NCBI RefSeq assembly: GCF_006345805.1
Contig: NC_043006.1
Span: 16,988,001 to 17,052,000, forward strand
DNA from: Octopus sinensis
Lineage: Eukaryota
Length of the DNA stretch: 64,000 nucleotides
Direction of reading: 5' to 3'
The stretch's first letter is position 1. Each line of letters begins with the position of its first letter. Under the pieces are notes generated by a model. It was not told the origin of the DNA, did no database searches, and was given only the letters and a program-made list of their open reading frames with translations. Below, one piece after another: positions 63,991-64,000 of the stretch. Made by a program: the position numbers and the translations under genes.

Positions 63991-64000
63991 TCCTTTCCTA

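Overview
AT-rich animal genomic DNA. The repeat landscape (tRNA-derived SINEs with (GAT)n or (CAA)n tails, TTAA-flanked MITEs, Helitron-like elements) is most consistent with an octopod cephalopod; this is inferred from recalled repeat families, not from a search. One protein-coding gene crosses the window on the minus strand: UVRAG (autophagy/PI3KC3-C2 subunit). Ten phase-compatible exons (41153 down to 366; 912 nt, 304 codons) encode the C2 domain and the Beclin-1-binding coiled coil. The start-codon exon and the 3' BARA2 exons were not found and probably lie outside the window. The introns hold many SINEs, decayed RTE and L1/Tx1 LINE pieces, two dead full-length Tc1/mariner elements, MITEs, microsatellites and a 4.9-kb array of an 84-bp unit. 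Most notable: (1) a U12-type (minor spliceosome) intron in the C2 domain with a competing in-frame U2 donor; (2) a candidate 234-nt in-frame cassette exon at the end of the coiled coil; (3) a tRNA-headed SINE with a decayed minimal hammerhead-ribozyme-like tail; (4) an 84-bp satellite that appears to derive from a SINE; (5) near-identical 654-bp direct repeats flanking the first visible exon. All long ORFs in the supplied track are repeat artefacts. SINE and LINE boundaries are approximate.
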